Below, one piece after another: positions 36,910 through 50,000 of a stretch of DNA of 64,000 bases; the stretch's first letter is position 1; the number at the start of each line of letters is the position of its first letter. The notes under the pieces are model-generated. The model did not search any database. It saw only the letters and a list, made by a program, of their open reading frames with translations, and had not been told where the DNA came from. The position numbers were made by a program, and so were the translations under genes. The stretch covers positions 5,100,408 through 5,164,407 of the forward strand of contig CAJFCJ010000006.1 of assembly GCA_904063045.1 (NCBI GenBank), given 5' to 3'. This DNA comes from Dimorphilus gyrociliatus (Eukaryota > Animalia > Annelida).

Positions 36910-38424
36910 ATGTCTGAAAAAGATAGTTTCGAGCAGTTTGAGCCATCCTTAAAAAATATCATTGACCAAACGTCTTTAAAATGGATTTTTGTAGGAGGAA
37001 AAGGTGGAGTTGGTAAAACGACCTGCAGGTATTCTATTATCGCTCAATTTTCAACACGTCATCTTAATTTTTCCGTTATAGCTGTAGCTTAGCAGTTCAA
37101 CTAGCTAAAGTCAGGGAATCTGTTCTGATTTTATCAACTGATCCGGCTCATAATATTTCTGATGCCTTCGACCAAAAATTCTCAAAGGCACCCGTTAAGG
37201 TTAAGGGTTTTGAAAATTTATTCGCTATGGTAACTAAGTTAAATGTTTTGCAATTTCTTTAACTGTATCCTCTGATCGACCGTTTTTTGTTTTAGGAAAT
37301 TGATCCCAATTTAGGATATACCGAACTACCAGATGAATTTTTCGGAGCTGACTCTAGTTAGTATATAATAGAATAATGATGTTTTTCTCCGCTGTCTTGA
37401 TAAATTATTATTGGAAAATATTAAATAATATTTTATCAATTATTAATCTTTTTAAAGATTCGTGGAATCTTGGAAAAAGTGCAATAAAAGAATTATGTCA
37501 AGCTTTTCCGGGTATAGACGAAGCAATGAGCTTCGCCGAAGTAATGAAGTATGCAATTAGTTTTAATTGACTTTTGTTGTTAATTTTTCTTATTTTCCTC
37601 TTTGACAGGCTAGTGAAAAATATGAATTTTTCGGTTGTCGTATTTGATACAGCTCCAACAGGTCATACACTTAGATTGCTAAGTTTTCCATCAATTGTAG
37701 AAAGCAGTTTAACCAAGATTCTTCGCCTAAAAAATCAAGTTGCTCCCTTTATAAATCAGGTACAACAAAAAGATATAGATTATTTTTTACTATTATATAA
37801 ACAGTATATACCTGCATATTCAACTGAAATTCTCTTCTCTTTAGATAACAGGGCTTCTTGGTATGCAAGAATTCAGCGCAGATAATCTTGCGAAAACGTT
37901 AGAAGATTTACTTCCAATTATACAACAAGTTAATAAACAATTAAAAAATCCGGTTTGTGTTCAATATACGTACTGTTATTTTTAAATGTTAATTTTCATT
38001 ATTTTTTTTTACAAACAGGATGAAACTACCTTTGTCTGTGTATGTATTGCGGAATTTTTATCTTTATACGAAACGGAGAGATTAGTTCAACAATTGACAC
38101 AATATAATGTAGACGTTCATAACATTATCGTGAATCATTTGATATTCTTGAACAACACTGACAAGCCATGTAAACTATGCGCTTGCAGATATCAAATGCA
38201 GGAAAAGTATTTATCACAGGTTAATATTTTATGGTTATGAATACTTAAACATTTTTAATTTTAAATATATTCTTCATTAGATGGAAGATTTATATGAGGA
38301 TTTTCATCTAGTTAAAATCCCTATACTTGAGCACGAAGTTCGCGGTGTACCCAGCATTTCGAAATTTTCCAAGTTCCTGATTGAACCATACAACCCCGAA
38401 GTCGACAAGCCATTTTTGAACTGA
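36910..38424 (+). CDS. ASNA1: ATPase ASNA1/GET3 (TRC40), multi-exon
   Basis: [58 protein letters not shown] and the CxxC dimer motif CKLC. All introns GT-AG and in frame. Confidence 0.98.
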
Positions 38425-38531
38425 TTGAGATTATTTCCTTGTGTTTTAATTACTTTTCATTAAAAAAACAACTTAAATGTTTTTGTTAATTTCAAATTGA
38501 AATTCAATAAAATTCCCGCCTCTTGAATATT

Positions 38532-38545
38532 GCGGAACCGGAAAT
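38532..38545 (+). promoter_or_regulatory. Tandem ETS/GABP-type motif in the short ASNA1 to calmodulin-like intergenic region
   Basis: GCGGAACCGGAAAT about 70 nt upstream of the ATG at 38612. Confidence 0.45.
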
Positions 38546-38611
38546 ACACCTGTTCTATACTACAATAAACATTACTCACGCCAGAGGGCTGTGACTATCC
38601 AAAAGGGCGTG

Positions 38612-39211
38612 ATGGTAAGAAATACTAATTCCATATAATTTGTTAATTACAGCAATTTAATAATACTATTTATAAAAGGCTGCACCAAAACCCGTTCAAC
38701 TTTCTTCTGAGGATATTCAGAAACTAAAACAGGCTTTCATGTTACACGATTACAACAAATCTAGTAGCATTTCTAGCAGGGATATTGGTTCCGTAATCCG
38801 ATCGGTTGGACTAAAACCAGCTGAAGGGGAAGTGGATGAAATACGAGCAGAAGTAGACGCTGCAGGTGGAAAATGTGATTTACAGATGCTCGTAAAACTT
38901 ATCAGTAGAATCGTGACGCAACCAGATAACTACAGTGGAAGGGATTTAAGTCTCGTCTTCGGTCAATTTGATACTTCTAAGAGTAATCTCATTCCTTTGG
39001 ATCAATTTCGTCATTTAATGACATCAGTAGGTGAAAAATTTTTAGACGAAGAAGTTGATGAGCTTTTAAAATGTACTGGCTGTCTTCAAAACGGAATGGT
39101 GAACTATGACAGTAAGAACTTTCATAATGGTTCTTTTTCTTTCTTATCTAATATAACTGTCTCTTTTTATTTACAACAGAATTTATCAAAGTAGTTATGG
39201 GAAAAGCCTGA
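38612..39211 (+). CDS. Calmodulin-like / myosin light chain-like EF-hand protein with degenerate loops; exons 38612-38614, 38679-39110, 39179-39211
   Basis: LKQAFMLHD..GSVIRSVGLKPAEGEV..VFGQFD..LMTSVGEKFLDEEVDELL..GMVNYDKFIKVVM follows the CaM/ELC pattern. First exon is ATG only. Confidence 0.9.
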
Positions 39212-39546
39212 GAAAAAATTTTGCAAAGTTCAATTTTTGGTCATAAAAAGTAGAAAACTATATTTATGTTATTTGTTTAAGATTGGAAAAGAAATTTTTT
39301 GATAATTGTGTAATAGTGAAATTTGTCTTTTTATAGTTGCCATAAAATCGTTAATTGCACGATTTTCAACAAATTAAGACCTAAAAGAATGAATTTTTAC
39401 TCTTTTTGATTAATTAAGTAATTAAAAATGTTTAATTAAGGTTTTTACATGTATGCTTCCAAAGAAATATCCTGTTCAAAATAACATTGGTTTTGTAATT
39501 ATTTATTTGAAATCCATCTAACAGCCAAAAGTTACATTAAAATTAG

Positions 39547-40190
39547 CTAGGAAGATCCCTGATTTACGAATTCTTTAACTCTTTTTTTGATATTTGGGAT
39601 TAACTCTAAATGAGAATCTGCGCATTTCACCATACATCCTTCAACATCATATTTGTACCGACTTCCTGATGATGACGAATTTTTACTTATTTCATCTCTG
39701 GCTTTATCCTGACAATCCATGGCACATCTTTGTAATCTGTTCTATTAACGTAAAAAATTGAAATTTTTTCCAAAGAGTTTCTCTTATGGATGTTAAAATG
39801 AACAAACTTGAAGTTGTGCTAATTCTGATTCCATAAAGTGTTGAGCTTGTTGAACAGAAACTGTACACCTCTCAATACAACGCTGCGTATCTTCCATACT
39901 TAAGCTTTCATTACGGCAGCAATTTGCACTATCCTCGTACATTTTTACCTAAAAAAGACATACTTTAGATGATCTGATGAAATAAAGAGTAAGGAATTGG
40001 AAACGTGAGCGATAAGGGGATATTTATCCTTTTAATGTTAATCTTACAATTCATTTACATATTAGGACTATCCCCAAATTCTCATTGATTCTACATCATT
40101 AATTACCTGCATTTTCCTAAAATAATCCCTATCTAAGTCTCTAATCATGCTGGTTACAGCATTTTTGACACGCTCTTGAGCCGCTTCCAT
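39547..40190 (-). CDS. FAM136A: FAM136A protein, 3 exons
   Basis: MEAAQERVKNAVTSMIRDLDRDYFRKMQ / ..SANCC..QRCIERC.. / NRLQRCAMDCQDKARD..CMVKCADSHLELIP has the twin Cx3C pattern of FAM136A. Confidence 0.93.
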
Positions 40191-40417
40191 TTTCACCAAA
40201 GGTCACCGTCGCAGTCTCGTAAAGTATAAACCGTATCAAGATATAATTAATTTCAAAGAATAAGAAAATTTCAAAATTATTTAGTCTTTGAGATAAATTT
40301 TTTTTGATATAAAGGAGTAAATTACAATATATTTTGTTCACAATTTAGTGCGAACCTATTACTGTCATAGTAACAATGTATACGGTCATATAAGTCTAAA
40401 AAAGAACGAATAAAGTC

Positions 40418-42088
40418 ATGTCTACTCTAGCTAGACTAGTAAGCGAAACAGATGATATTGGAACAAATGTGTATGAACTAACAGCGTAAGTTTTCACAAG
40501 ATTTAACAGTGGATTCTAACAAAATTAATTGACAATAATTTCTAAATTGACAAACAGAAAAGCCGAAGAAAATAGGCGAAGAGATTATGGTTCCTCTGTC
40601 AAGGTACAGTCTTGGTTTAAAGGCCACAAAACTCGTTCATATATCAAGTAAATAGATTAAACTTATCTTTATAAAAAAAGAGCAAAGTAGTAATTGAAAA
40701 TTTTGCATCGTTAGACACTTAAATAGTTGTGCAGCAAAAATTCAAAAGCACTGGAGAGGATACCTTGGTAGAAAATACTTCCGGCAGAAATTATCAGTAA
40801 GAAATAAATAGACTAATATAGTTATTAGTTTTGAACATAAATAATATGTATAAACATTCACATACTGTATACATTACTAAATAGGATATGGTTCTTGCAT
40901 TGAAAGTTACAAGATTCAATGAAATGGCAGTAAAGGTAAGTTACTATAAAAGAGATAGAGTAATTGCTTGAATGATGGAGACAAGACGATAGAAAGAGTC
41001 TTAAATTATTTATAAACTTTACTTTATCTAAAAATAGTGCTCTTACTTTAATATAGATACAAAAAGTATGGCGAGGATACTATTCCAGGAAATACGTATT
41101 CAATTACTATGCTAGACAACGATATTTAGAGGCACTTTTGCACAAGAATGAGACAATCCGGTAATTAAAATTAATTATTTATATTTAAGAATAGTCTTAT
41201 TAAATAATTATTCCATTTTTAGAAATGAATTAAAAGAATGGGAAGAAATGGAAAATCGTCGTCAGCAAATAGAAGAAGATGAAATTATGAAAAGTAGAAT
41301 TAAAAATTGGGCGCAAGGTCATCACCATCTTCGGGGAACTACTGTTATTCCTGGCATTTATAATTCTCCTTACAAACCGTTGGTGTTTTTAGAATTCTTA
41401 TACATAATTTGTTGATAATTTCTATGCATTGCTGTTAATTTATAGCATTCCAGAGTTGGAAACTCAATTAATTTTAGCCAAGCCGAGGGTTGCCGATAGT
41501 GGAATGAAGAACAGAAGAAATAAATATGTTAAATATGGCTCGGGCGATGCTTTTGAACTAAATCAATTAGAGAGTTTGCCTCCAATTCACGAAAAACCTC
41601 AAGGTCCATTTAGAGATCCACACGAAGTATGGCGTCAACGATTAAAACCCTTGAAACCTTCTCTTCGTGTTCAAACTTCTTATACATCTGTCGAAGAGGC
41701 TAGAGAGCTTATGAGAAAGGAAGAATGGGCAGCACGTTTATTCGATAAAAAGTAAATAGTTCATATCATATTACGAAGCTTTTTTAAACATTCCTTTTTT
41801 ATTTTCCAGGTTAGTTCCATTTACTCATCCACCGGAAAAGCAGTACCAACCACTTCTTCACGGTTCTTCTCAATATGGTCAAATACCTTACGGTACTGCT
41901 TACTTCCGCGAGGAAAAGCCAGAAAGATTCATAATGGCACACGTAAGTTTCACTACATCAGATGACTTTGATATTCTGTAAAAAAGATTGCTACAGATGC
42001 ATGTTTTTTCTCCTTACAGAATCCGAAACATTTTAACACGGTAGTACCACCTATCGAGGTTTTTGAAAAGGTCAACGATGTTTATTGA
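40418..42088 (+). CDS. SPATA17: Spermatogenesis-associated protein 17 (three IQ motifs), multi-exon
   Basis: MSTLARL start. IQ motifs VQSWFKGHKTR, IQKHWRGYLGR and IQKVWRGYYSRKY. Also FNYY, IPGIYNSPY and the QGPFR region. Confidence 0.9.
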
Positions 42089-42510
42089 CTGTCTTAATCA
42101 GTATAAGAATTAACAAAAATTAATTTCATATATACATAAATCGTTATTTAATAAAAAAAAATAACAAGAGAAAATCCACCATTATATTTAATTTTTAGTA
42201 TTATTTTGATTGAATATACATTCATAATTTCCAATTGATACTATTTGCTTCGTTGAGAACAATCTTAAAATTTCACTGTGTATACAATTATTCAAGGAGG
42301 TATCATAATCCAAATCCATTATAACTTAAGTAAAGAAGAAACTTTTTGAAGGATGGTGCGTGACTGCCGTTCCTTTGCTCTTTCTTTCCTTGATTTTATT
42401 TTCTTTTGGAGATTCAAAGGAAAAAGACTCAAAAGCTCAGAACAAAAATACATAAAGCTATTCGGTTAAAACAACAAAAGAGAGAAAAAAAGTATAGCTT
42501 GGAAGGTTAT

Positions 42511-43446
42511 TTAGGACGATTTTTTCAATGCTTTCACTACACTGTCTTTTCCAGGCATTCCCGGTGAGTTATCATGGTGATAATATCCGGAATAGGTTAT
42601 TAGCCAACACATACACGCTACACAGGTTCCAGTCAACTTTTGAGGCATATTATGAAAGTAAAGGACTGTTATGAACAGCATCACCTCCCAAAGTATAGCT
42701 AAACTTGCCATTAATACAAAACAAACTCTAATTGTTGGCGTTATGCGATCATATAGCAATTTAAAAGAATTTCGGTCACTTTCAGGTATTCTGCAAGTTC
42801 CCTCACGAACCTCCTTTTCTATTTGATCAGGTATTCTTTCCCAACCTCTTAAGACTTTGGCTTCTTCGTGTAAAATCAATATTGCATAAGTTAGAAGGAA
42901 GCAATGCCCTGAAATATCGAAACCAACCCATGTCCCACCGTTTCTAACACATTCTCTTTTCCATGTAATACTTGGATTGTTAGAACAGAAACCAGTTATC
43001 CTCTCTATAAAGTTAAAAGCCGTCGTGGAGACATACCACAGACCTGTGGCTACTAACAGCCGTAATAAATTTGATGTGATTCTTCTGCGATTAGCTAATG
43101 TGTAAACGTAGCTTGTAGATATTATGAACATTCCAGCAATTGAAAATGTCCAAAACCATCCTAATTTTGCAAAATATTGATTGAAAAAGTTCTTTTTATT
43201 AGAGAAGTAACTCCTAGGAATAGGAACAATATCAGTTACGAGAGATAAGACAGTGACTCCACATAGATAGAGTCCTATTTTCGTCGTCGTATTATAAAAG
43301 AGAACTTTCCGACAAGCGTAGAGAATAAGCATCACTAAAAAGTTTCCTATATGGGTTGGTTTGGCCACAGGTAATTTATCCTTCTTCCCATTGATCTTAA
43401 CACTCTTCGGTCGGAACTTTAGACCTTCTTTGGCAGTCTGATTCAT
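42511..43446 (-). CDS. FITM2: Fat storage-inducing transmembrane protein (FIT family acyl-CoA diphosphatase), single exon
   Basis: KKNFFNQYFAKLGWFW, GFDISGHCFLL and YFHNMPQK signature motifs; multiple TM segments. Confidence 0.93.
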   Translation of the reverse strand: MNQTAKEGLKFRPKSVKINGKKDKLPVAKPTHIGNFLVMLILYACRKVLFYNTTTKIGLYLCGVTVLSLVTDIVPIPRSYFSNKKNFFNQYFAKLGWFWTFSIAGMFIISTSYVYTLANRRRITSNLLRLLVATGLWYVSTTAFNFIERITGFCSNNPSITWKRECVRNGGTWVGFDISGHCFLLTYAILILHEEAKVLRGWERIPDQIEKEVREGTCRIPESDRNSFKLLYDRITPTIRVCFVLMASLAILWEVMLFITVLYFHNMPQKLTGTCVACMCWLITYSGYYHHDNSPGMPGKDSVVKALKKSS

Positions 43447-44081
43447 ATCTTTAATGCTGTTCTAGTTTTCGATACAGGATGCTCGAAACGTTTACTGAAC
43501 GGTTACCGATTTATTACCGGTTGGCTCATGGTAAACCTAATATGAGTGAATAGTACGGGAACTATTTATATCTTGACTTGATATTTTGGTTCACACCTTT
43601 AAAACGTTAAAAAGTATTTAATTACTTTACTTAACCCATAATATCCATAACCTTATTGTAAATATTAATTAGTGCTTGTTTTTCACAAAATATTGTAGGT
43701 TTGGGTTATTGTGAAAAAATATAATATTTCTTTTTAATATAAAATAAAAGTGGTTTAAATATTATCTGTTAAAAGAGAAATTGCAATTAACAGTCTCTTT
43801 TGTATAAATCATTACTGGTCAAATTGCAAATTGAGGATAAGTAACTATTTCTTAAGAAGTGTCTTTAAAGAAATCTCGTAAAATTAATAATTTTTAAATA
43901 AAGAATGAAATTACTCTTGCATAGAAAATTAAAATTGATTTTACTTGAATAGAAACTTGAATTGTCTGTTATAAGTCGCTTTCGCTCACTGACAAGTGGT
44001 GTTTAGGGCTGCCAACTTCCGCCCCAAGAATTTCCTGATACATTTTTTTTTCCTCTTATTTTAATCTCCGTCGACTATAAC

Positions 44082-46504
44082 ATGGACAAACAAGGTAGAA
44101 GAGTGGTAGTTTGCGATAACGGAACAGGTGTAAGTATGAATTTGTTTATTTTCTTGCAACCTAAGACAACCCTGTCAATGCGGAAGTTGTACACTGAAAA
44201 CCGGCGTAGCCTTTTGTAAACAGACTACTTATTTTATTAATATCTCTTATTTCAGTTCGTAAAATGTGGATTTGCTGGAGCAAATTTACCGCAATTTATA
44301 TTTCCATCACTAATTGGACGGCCGATTCTGAGATCGACATCGAAAGTTGGCAATGTTGAATTAAAGGTATGATTATCACACATGAGCCACATCCCCCTTT
44401 CAAAAAGTAGTCTATTGCTACCATCCAAATGAGCTATCATGTAATATTCTTATACATTTTAAAACAGGAACTAAGGGAACATAACTTAAAACATATAAAA
44501 AAGTCGAAAAAACAATATAGATGAAAAAAGTTACCATTAAAAATTACCATAAAATCAATAAAAAATGATTAAATATTCTAGTTTAACCAACAAAATAAAG
44601 ATGGTAATATCAATTAAACAATTACATGTAAACAAGAGGCTAGGCTGAACCCTGCTATGAGCTCATACTTGAATGTAAAAAAAAAGTAGGAACTGTTTCA
44701 CCTGAGCAGTTTAGTTCCCTTAGACCAGCCCATATTTTTATTTGAAAAAGTTTTGTGCAAATGAAAATTAATGGATTCATAATTCTGTTGATATTTTGAC
44801 TATCATTCGCATGGATTGCTTATATGAATTAATGACCTTTTGAAAATACGAATGTAAATCAACTGGTCTAATACTTGTGTTTTTTTTTGGCTATACATGA
44901 CAATTAGTTGCATATTGTTTAAATTAAACATATTTTATTTTGGCCAAACATTATTTACAAAATAATTTCCAATTATCATTTGAAAGCCTATATATACATA
45001 TGTACAGTATATATACATAACTTTGTTTATATTAGTAGGATACATATTCCTTTAAATCAGCATATAATTCTTGTTTTTGTTTGTTCTTAAACGAGTTATT
45101 AATGATCAAACTTTTAGTTATTGGTATATTATCATTTATAAATATTTATATTTATTATCGCTATCTTAACTTAGGATATAATGATTGGGGATGAAGTAGT
45201 AGCCGATGAAGTACGTTCCATGCTAGAAGTTTATTATCCAATGGAAAATGGAATAGTTAAATCCTGGGATGATATGGGTTATCTTTATGATTATACTTTT
45301 GGAGAAAAGAAGCTTAATATTGATACTAGAAATAGCAAAATTCTTTTGACTGAACCTCCTATGAATCCTTTAAAGAATAGAGAAAAGATGGTTGAGGTAA
45401 ATAAATTGTTAACAGCTATTTGTAAGAAGTGAAAATGATTTTACTGTATTCTTCTTTTATATCAATTTTTAGCTTATGTTTGAAAAGTACCAATTCGAAG
45501 GCCTTTATATTGCTATTCAAGCCGTATTAACACTTTACGCTCAAGGCTTACAAACAGGAGTAGTTATTGATAGCGGGGATGGTGTTACTCATATTTGCCC
45601 AGTTTGTGAAAGCATTGTCTACCAACATGCTATTAGAAGATTAGATATTGCCGGCAGGGATATAACAAGATATTTGATCAAGGTACTCTCATTTTAGAAA
45701 AATTTATATATATATATATTTATATATGTTTTATTTTAATCTAGTTATTGCTCTTACGTGGATATAATTTCAATCACACGGCTGATTTTGAGACTGTTCG
45801 AATAATGAAAGAGAAACTATGTTACGTTGGCTACGATATTGAACAAGAAAAAAAATTAGCTCTGGAGACAACAGTTTTGGTTGAAAATTACGAAGTACAA
45901 TTATTAATTATATATATTTTAATAGTTTATTAGTTAATTAATCTAATAGTTTTTTATTAACTTTTTTTAAACAGCTTCCAGACGGTAGAGTTATTAAAGT
46001 AGGAGGTGAACGTTTTGAAGCGCCAGAAGCTCTTTTTCAACCACATTTAATTGATGTAGATGGTGTGGGAGTTGCTGAATTATTGTTCAATACTATTCAG
46101 GCGGTAGATATTGACTATAGGGCTGAATTGTATAAACACATTGTTCTGTCTGGAGGATCTACTTTGTATCCTGGCTTGCCAAGTCGTTTAGAAAGGGAAA
46201 TTAAGCAAATATACTTAGAACGCGTTCTTAAGGGGAATACGGAGGCTTTGGCTGTAAATAATATTTTCAATTTATTCGTTATTATACATTTAATGAACCT
46301 AAATACTAATTTTATTTCGTTCAATTATAGAAATTCAAGATAAGGATCGAGGATCCACCCAGGAGGAAGCATATGGTCTACGAAGGCGGAGCTGTTCTAG
46401 CAGACATTATGAAAGATCGTGATGAATTTTGGATGTGGAGAAAAGATTATAACGAACAAGGTGCCGCTAATGTGCTTAAGAACAAAATGGGTGGGATTCG
46501 TTAA
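44082..46504 (+). CDS. ACTR2: Actin-related protein 2, multi-exon
   Basis: [16 protein letters not shown] / [23 protein letters not shown] / [15 protein letters not shown] / [12 protein letters not shown] / [23 protein letters not shown] / [11 protein letters not shown]. Confidence 0.99.
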
Positions 46505-47031
46505 CTTAACGATCAAATCAGTCTTCTCTTCAGGTCGTTATTTCGCTAGAATTGATGCTTTTTTGACAACATTGACCTATTCTTTAAAAATTTGCGATTA
46601 AAATTATGCAAATATTATAATACTTACAACTGATTAAAAAAAAAAAATAACAAAAGCAGAAGACTTGTTTAACATACAAAAATACACACTGCAACCTTTT
46701 TTTTTTTTCCAATTACAGATTTTTATTTAAAAGAAAATAAAGCATTCACCTAAATTTTTTAGGTTACTATTTCTTTTCTACTCTATCACACTATTCTTTT
46801 AAGTTAAACTATTTAAGATTAAACTCACAAAAAAGAGAACAAAAATAATAATAATAAATAGAATATGTATAGATTATAATTTGGTCACTTTTTCGGTATA
46901 GTTTTAGTTGTTGTATAGAAAAATAAGACTTAAAAAGCAATATAATAATGGTAATCGTTTTACTTTTCATATCTTAAAAAGTATTTTATTATAGCTGCTC
47001 CTTGTTTCCCTCTTTTCCTTGAATTCTTCTC

Positions 47032-50000
47032 TTAAAACTGATTACTTTCAAGTCTGGTTGAATTATTTAATTGTTTAGCATTTTTTTCGCTCATTTCACT
47101 TTTCACTGATGATCTATTATTTTGTATTTTTAAATTTTGAACTCCACTCTTCGACTCTGTCGTAGCTATTTGTAGATTTTTAGTGTAAAAGCTCTCTGTT
47201 GGAGAATTTCTCTCCTCTTCAACGGTTGGCATATACATATAGTTTGAGTGACTTTCCGTAGTTGTTGGACTGGATTGACTAATACTGTCTAAAACTGATG
47301 ATTCGGAATCAAATATGCGCTTCATCGTTGTCGAATTTAATGACTTATGAGATTCTGCAAAATAATTGATAATGATTAGCGTATAGAGATATTAAGGGAA
47401 TAATCATCTTACTGTTGGAACCGAATACGTTCAAATGCTGAAAAACTTTTCTCTGTTTCCAGCAGTATATCATATAAGTAGTAATATAATTAATTCTCCT
47501 TTATTAAAAAGAATCGGCTTACTTGAGAAGCTTTTGAATGAGATTTTTTAGGGCTAAAAACGGATCTAATGAAATGAGGTATCCAATCTTGCATTCTCAT
47601 AAGACGTATAAAAGCGTCCCTAATGGTACTATCTAAAACGCAATGGAAAATGAATATCCCAAGCCCTTGAAAACTATTAAGTAATGAGAAAGTATAAGCT
47701 GCCCAAAGATACTCTTCAGAGAAATAGAAAAATCCAATAACCCAATTAATTCCAAATACGAACATAAGAGATGCCATTGCTTTCAGTAATGAGCTAATAC
47801 ACAAAAAAATAAGAAGTCATAAAATATATAAGGAAAATACGATAAAGTAATTTTGAATATTAATAAGAAAACTATATATACAAATATTGTTGTCTCGTTT
47901 TTTTCTCCATTAACCTTCCCCTAGCATTTCCTTTGGATAAATAGTACATTTTCTTTAGAACGATGCACATGATCACGGAATTAACCTTTACAGTAATAAC
48001 AGATAATATCTTCACATATCATTAGGGCGTTTTGTTTATATACAAACCAAAACAATCACCATAACTGGTAGTAGAAATACCAGAAAAAATATTTCATTTT
48101 CAATCCAACAGCTTAAAGAAAGAATTAATGTTAAACAGTTTATAGAAAGTTTATTCATATTTGTTCTATTTATTACTATTTTTCCGTTATAAACGCATCT
48201 TTCTTCGCTAGGCCAGTAATAGTAACTACTATCATAGGGATACCTAGAAGTTATTGATATATACCGTATATATATATATATATATATTATTAAGCATAGG
48301 CTTTATTTTATGTATATTTCAAAAAATTTAAGAAATACTACCGTATCCAGTAAGTAATAATAAATATCTTGGTATAGTCCTATCAAATACTTTGGTTACT
48401 AGGTAAAACATGCATATACCTAGTAGAACCATCCATGTAAAACAACAAAGTAGAAAGTATAGAAGAGTACCACCAATAAACGAACAAAGTGACTTAAAAA
48501 AATGGATTAATATATTTATAGTATTTTTTATATGTATATATTTTTTTACTATAAAATCTAATAAGTTAAAGAAAATACTTTGTTTGATGTTTTAGAGATT
48601 CCTGTAAGGAAAATTATTTGAGCAATTGCCAAACATAAACTGATATTAAATAATATTCTATTTCTTGTTGAACCCAGTGTTCTTTCACTCAGTTTTCGTC
48701 TGATATAAAAGATATAGTATACAGTATATATGATATAAATAATACTACAAAATAATAATGTAATTATTAATATACCTGAAAGTTACGAAGCATATACAAG
48801 ATATAATTAAGCATATTATAGATATTATGCAACCAACTTCGGTTATGATATTTAAATTAAATTTATCTTTAGCAGATAACTAAAATTTTTAATAATTAAA
48901 TTAGTCAATTAAATGGAATGGAGAAAATATACAACCTTTGATTCATTATCAAAAATGTCTACTAGAACGGCAAAATGAGTAAGATGATTACATCTGCACG
49001 TTGAATAGGATATATTACTCTGCTCTTGAACTAATTCGCATCCATTCTGTGACCAAGAATCTCCGGGACCACTTGATAAAAAGTAAAAGATAAAAGAAAA
49101 GCAATTAAAAGAATACTTTAATAAACAAACTCTAATGAAAAATTCCAGAATGAGCATTGATAAATTCCATCAATTGTTTTCTATAGATAAAAAATTCATA
49201 CTTAATAAATTATATTAATTATTACGTAATCTCTAACATTTTTATTTTCCAACGTATAATAAATAAATCCTTCAAATGGTCCTGAAACCCTTTTATTAGC
49301 CTTCAAAAGTGACGCAGATATTATTTTACTATTTAATATTCTTTCTACATTGTCTGATTGAATAGGTTGCAATAATTTTTCAATATCATTATATTCGGTG
49401 AATATCAGCGTTAAATTCTCTTTAGACGAAGTTATAGCTTTGTTTAAAAAAGGTAAACAATATGATAAATTAGTGATTGAATTAAAATATAGCATAAACA
49501 TACTATCCAAAGTGTCTTTTGGTATAGTAATAGATTTCTGATTAGCGTCACTAGCTTCTTTAGTATTATTATTAAGTATTGGAGGTGGTATATATTTAAA
49601 ATCTTTCAATACTTTTTCGTCTGCTCTAATTAATTTAGCTTCTAATGCTAAAAAATAAAAAGAAGAAGAGGAAGAGGAAGCAAGGGATAAAGGAAGAAGG
49701 AAACTATATATAATGGCTTATTTTTTACTTTATATTTTATTAATTTTATTTTACCAAAGTTGTCTTTTTGAATTAGAGATAAATCTCCATCAGTTTCATT
49801 TACTAATGAAACTACTGTGTTTTCGACGCTTGTTAGTATTTTACTAACAATAGTCATTTTTTTCTTAACTGAAAATTGCTCCCAATCGGCTTCTTTACTT
49901 TCGTCTAATAAATTATTTGCTGTATCTAAAACAGCCTTTGGGATAGATAAGTAAAAAGTTGGAAAAGAATAAATCATATCATTAATTATTGTTCACTTAC

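Noticed and set aside
44638-44730. Y RNA-like or H/ACA snoRNA-like ends (GGCTAGGCTGA..GACCAGCC)
   Set aside because: No terminal ACA box, no oligo-T terminator directly after the stem, and an imperfect closing stem. Kept only as an unassigned structure.
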